DNA of 11,346 nucleotides from a virus (Duplodnaviria; Heunggongvirae; Uroviricota; Caudoviricetes): IMG/VR virus record IMGVR_UViG_2896607866_000003, positions 1 to 11,346 of that record; one strand, 5' to 3'. Shown piece by piece: positions 8,770 to 11,346 of this stretch (position 1 is its first letter; each line of letters starts with the position of its first letter). The notes under the pieces were generated by a model. It saw only the letters and a program-made list of their open reading frames with translations, ran no database searches and was not told where the DNA came from. The position numbers and the translations under genes were made by a program.

Positions 8770-8833
8770 TATTAGCTCCTTCTGATGCCATTCTATTTCA
8801 GGAAGGAGTGTCCGTTAAACTCAGGCTACCTCA

Positions 8834-9304
8834 GTCACCTGGCTTTTTTCAGAAGACGGAAAAAACTGGTATGAAGAGCTGAAGAATTTCGCCAGCGACA
8901 CAATAAAAATAGCTTACACCGGAGATGGTCGCGTGGTGTGGGTCGGTAAGGATGTGACAGGCATCGAGCCACGCAATGCCAGTGTTATTGAAGTTCCTGA
9001 TATTACCGCTAACCGACGGATTACCGCGCCGGGTTACTGGTTTTACCGCAATGATGAATTTGTCTTTGACTACAGACTCAAAGCGGAAGATGAGCGTGAT
9101 GCCCTTCTGGCTCAGGTCAGTGCCCGGACAGGGGAATGGGAAGAAGACCTGCTGCTGGGGTTAATCAGCGACGAAGATAAAGAAAAGCTGAAAGCCTGTC
9201 GTATTTACGCGAAATCGCTGCAGGCGATGGATTTCAGCACCATCACTGATAAATCCTCATACAACGCCATTGAATGGCCCGCCTCTCCGGAAGGTTCTTC
9301 CTGA
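8834..9304 (+). pseudogene. Tail fibre assembly protein (P2 gpG / Mu U-like family), 5'-truncated by IS600
   Basis: The frame is open from the IS600 boundary: VTWLFSEDGKNWYEELKNFASDTIKIAYTGDG…VIEVPDITANRR… matches the P2 G-type block (…WLWSEDGKNWYEEVKNF.PDTIKIVYDE…VVEVPDITSNRR…). About the first 25-40 codons are missing. Confidence 0.7.
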
Positions 9305-9327
9305 TTTAATTTATCGCGAGAAAAACA

Positions 9328-10242
9328 ATGTCTGTAGTGATATCAGGTGCGCTGACTGATGGCGCAGGTATCCCCATGTCCGGATACCATATTATTCTGA
9401 AATCCCGGGTAAACACCCCGGAAGTGGTGATGAACACTGTTGCTGATGTGATGACAGGAAACGATGGTGAATACTGTTTCCATGCGCGGACTGGAAAATA
9501 TGGTGTGTATCTGAAACAGGACTGGCGCAACGAGTACAACGTTGGCGACATTGCTGTATATGAGGACTCAAAGCCCGGCACGCTGAATGACTTTCTGATT
9601 GCTCCTGATGAGGGCGACCTGAAACCGGATGTCGTCAAACGCTTTGAGGAAATGGTGGCGCAGGCGCAGCAGAGCGCCGGGGCCGCAGCCGGAAACGCAC
9701 AGCAGACGGCGCAGGATGTGGCGGCAGCCGCAGGTTATGCCCGCGCAGCAGAACAGGCCAAAAATGACATTGATGCTGCGCTGACCGGCACCCTGAAAAC
9801 GGCTAACCATCTGTCTGAAATCGCAGCAGCAGGCGAAAAGGCACAACAGAAGTCCCGGGATAATCTGGGGCTGAAAAGTGCGGCCACGATGGAAGCACAG
9901 AGCGACATTTACGACCGGACAAAAGGCCGTCTGGCGATACCCGGCGCATTCGGCTTTGGGTGTGCTTTTCTGCCTGAAGATGTTATCCGTTTTGACACTA
10001 AGAGTGATTTCCTGGCCTGGGTAAGGAATGTGCTGCCAGTTGAATATTCCGTTGCTGGCCCCTACGGCATCATCATACCCGACACACGGTTTGAAGGGGG
10101 GCTCAGCATCCGGTGGACTGATGCACGCCCTGAGACAACAGAACCGCGGTACAGAGCCAAATCCCTTACTTTTTACGGCATTAACGGCCCCATTTATCAC
10201 ACCCGCTACTGCTACTGGCCCATATCCAGACTGACTGGGTGA
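9328..10242 (+). CDS. Short side-tail-fibre-like protein (conserved prophage tail-fibre N-terminal domain, Ala/Gln-rich linker, unique C-terminal domain)
   Basis: MSVVISGALTDGAGIP…VYEDSKPGTLNDFL…VVKRFEEMVAQAQQSAGAAAG parallels the N-terminus of E. coli e14/Rac-type Stf proteins (MAVKISGVLKDGTGKP…VYEDSQPGTLNDFL…). I do not recognise the C-terminal 120 aa. Confidence 0.65.
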   Translation: MSVVISGALTDGAGIPMSGYHIILKSRVNTPEVVMNTVADVMTGNDGEYCFHARTGKYGVYLKQDWRNEYNVGDIAVYEDSKPGTLNDFLIAPDEGDLKPDVVKRFEEMVAQAQQSAGAAAGNAQQTAQDVAAAAGYARAAEQAKNDIDAALTGTLKTANHLSEIAAAGEKAQQKSRDNLGLKSAATMEAQSDIYDRTKGRLAIPGAFGFGCAFLPEDVIRFDTKSDFLAWVRNVLPVEYSVAGPYGIIIPDTRFEGGLSIRWTDARPETTEPRYRAKSLTFYGINGPIYHTRYCYWPISRLTG

Positions 10243-10592
10243 AAATAAATATAACCACAGAAGATATTATTTACAGAATCGTGGCGAGCTCTGTCCGCAA
10301 CAGATGGGGAGACCCTGACATTGGCGGGCTGATTATTGCTGCGTACCAGGGAGAAGCTGACGGTGATAAAGTCATCAGACTTGTCAGGGGGCAGTCATAC
10401 AGAGGCTCACGACTGGGACCGGTGGGGATTTCAGTGCCCAGTACTCCCACCGGAACGTATATAGCATCCCCACAATTTTTCATTACGGGATGTTCAGAGC
10501 ATTCATTACCGGGGTCATATTGCGCCCTGTCCGGGGTGCCGGATGCTCATGTCTCTGGCGCAATGCCCGGGCTTTTTATTCGCACATCGTGA
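10239..10592 (+). CDS. Hypothetical protein, 117 aa, translationally coupled to the tail-fibre gene
   Basis: GTG 10239 overlaps the upstream stop (GTGA); Gly/Ser/Pro-rich; no recognised family. Confidence 0.4.
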   Translation: MKINITTEDIIYRIVASSVRNRWGDPDIGGLIIAAYQGEADGDKVIRLVRGQSYRGSRLGPVGISVPSTPTGTYIASPQFFITGCSEHSLPGSYCALSGVPDAHVSGAMPGLFIRTS

Positions 10593-10657
10593 GGAATGCA
10601 CCGTGGAAATTAAAAAAATCATTAATCCCCGTTATACCGAAAGTGGCGCAGTAGACT

Positions 10658-11167
10658 GTGACGTTTTTTTTTGACGACAGGGACCAGGCAGTCCCCTACA
10701 CAGCCACCGCTGATGATGTCGCACCGACGGGTCAGCGAATCTGGCAGGAACTGCAAAGTGGCAAATGGGGTGAGATAGCCCCATTCACTGTGACACCAGA
10801 AATGCTGGAAGCGGCCAGAGAGGCCAGACGTCAGGAAATTGAAGCATGGCGCACAGAACAGGAGGCGAAGCCGTTCACGTTTGAATGGAACGGTCGTATC
10901 TGGAATGCTGGTCCCGACTCACTGGGCCGCCTGTCCCCGGTAGTCATGCTGGCAAAATCTGTCACAGCACAAACACATATGGCGTGGAGCGATGCCGATA
11001 ATCAGCAGGTGAAACTGTCGATGCCGGAACTGGAAGAACTGGCGGCAGCAATGGTGCAGGCGCAGGTCGATCGCAACGATGAGATTTATCGCCGTCAGCG
11101 TGAAATGAAAGAGGAGCTGAGCGGTCTGGATGATTTGGCTTCAATTCGGGCGTTTGACGTTGAGTAA
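10658..11167 (+). CDS. Hypothetical protein, 169 aa; possible tail-fibre chaperone or cargo gene; apparently frameshifted relative to an upstream start at 10603
   Basis: ORF from GTG 10658. A better start (GAGGAA at 10594-10599, GTG 10603) lies in another frame and ends at a TGA inside the T9 tract (10664-10672). The functional guess rests on position after stf only. Confidence 0.45.
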   Translation: MTFFFDDRDQAVPYTATADDVAPTGQRIWQELQSGKWGEIAPFTVTPEMLEAAREARRQEIEAWRTEQEAKPFTFEWNGRIWNAGPDSLGRLSPVVMLAKSVTAQTHMAWSDADNQQVKLSMPELEELAAAMVQAQVDRNDEIYRRQREMKEELSGLDDLASIRAFDVE

Positions 11168-11346
11168 TGAATAAGCCGCAACTGGCGGAATCACAGAAGA
11201 CCGCTTTGCTTACCGAAGCGGAGTCTGTCATCCGGCCGCCGGGGCGTGCTGTCAGGCTGAACAGGGAAACGGATGAATCCGGGGAGGCCCGGGGGCGGGC
11301 CTCTGTTTTTCCGGAGTCAGTCCGGTCTGTGGTTTATGCGATGTGA
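11167..11346 (+). CDS. Possible small ORF, 59 aa, ending exactly at the window edge
   Basis: ATG overlaps the upstream stop (TAATG); it contains the terminator hairpin at 11284-11310 and has a weak RBS, so it may not be coding. Confidence 0.25.
   Translation: MNKPQLAESQKTALLTEAESVIRPPGRAVRLNRETDESGEARGRASVFPESVRSVVYAM
11284..11310 (+). terminator. Rho-independent terminator at the end of the tail-fibre gene cluster
   Basis: GAGGCCCG-GGGG-CGGGCCTC (8-bp GC-rich stem) followed by TGTTTTT. Confidence 0.5.

Larger units (their letters stand above)
7571..8833 (-). mobile_element. IS600 (IS3 family), about 1263 bp, minus orientation
   Basis: Imperfect terminal inverted repeats: TGAGGTGTACTGGCAATAGCGGACACTACC at 7571 versus the reverse complement of the 8833 end, TGAGGTAGCCTGAGTTTAACGGACACTCC. 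OrfA and OrfB on the minus strand; slippery A-run at about 8508-8516. Flanks AGT and GTC do not match. Confidence 0.8.

Noticed and set aside
8834-11346. Invertible tail-fibre segment (Gin/Pin-type crossover sites) or a DGR-type diversification system
   Set aside because: No invertase or reverse transcriptase gene is in the window, the fibre-related ORFs all lie on the same strand, and I found no gix-like crossover sequence or template/variable repeat pair.

Overview
This window reads as a heavily decayed lambdoid prophage from an enterobacterium (E. coli / Shigella type), broken up by three IS3-family insertion sequences: IS911 (283-1531), IS2 (2504-3834) and IS600 (7571-8833, minus orientation). 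All calls are by eye from the sequence and my recollection of protein families; no searches were run. Only IS2 has a matching target-site duplication (GCAGT); IS911 and IS600 lack one and sit at junctions between truncated genes, so they look like deletion or rearrangement breakpoints. Left to right: a minus-strand terminator, an internal fragment of a lambda-type integrase, IS911, the 3' part of a DnaB-family helicase gene, a coupled 25-codon hydrophobic peptide ORF, a small gene split by IS2, two unknown small ORFs, ninB and ninE, an antisense Gp49/HigB-like toxin with an XRE-type antitoxin, a structured intergenic region with a promoter and switchable terminator, an ORF6N-like gene, a Rha/KilAC antirepressor gene fused at its 3' end to IS600, then a 5'-truncated tail-fibre assembly gene, a short side-tail-fibre gene, and three unknown downstream ORFs, one interrupted at a T9 tract. 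I found no CRISPR array, tRNA or rRNA. The candidates for something undescribed are the toxin-antitoxin pair with its adjacent riboregulator-like leader, the small ORFs upstream of ninB, and the cargo-like genes after the tail-fibre gene; none can be assigned a function from sequence alone.
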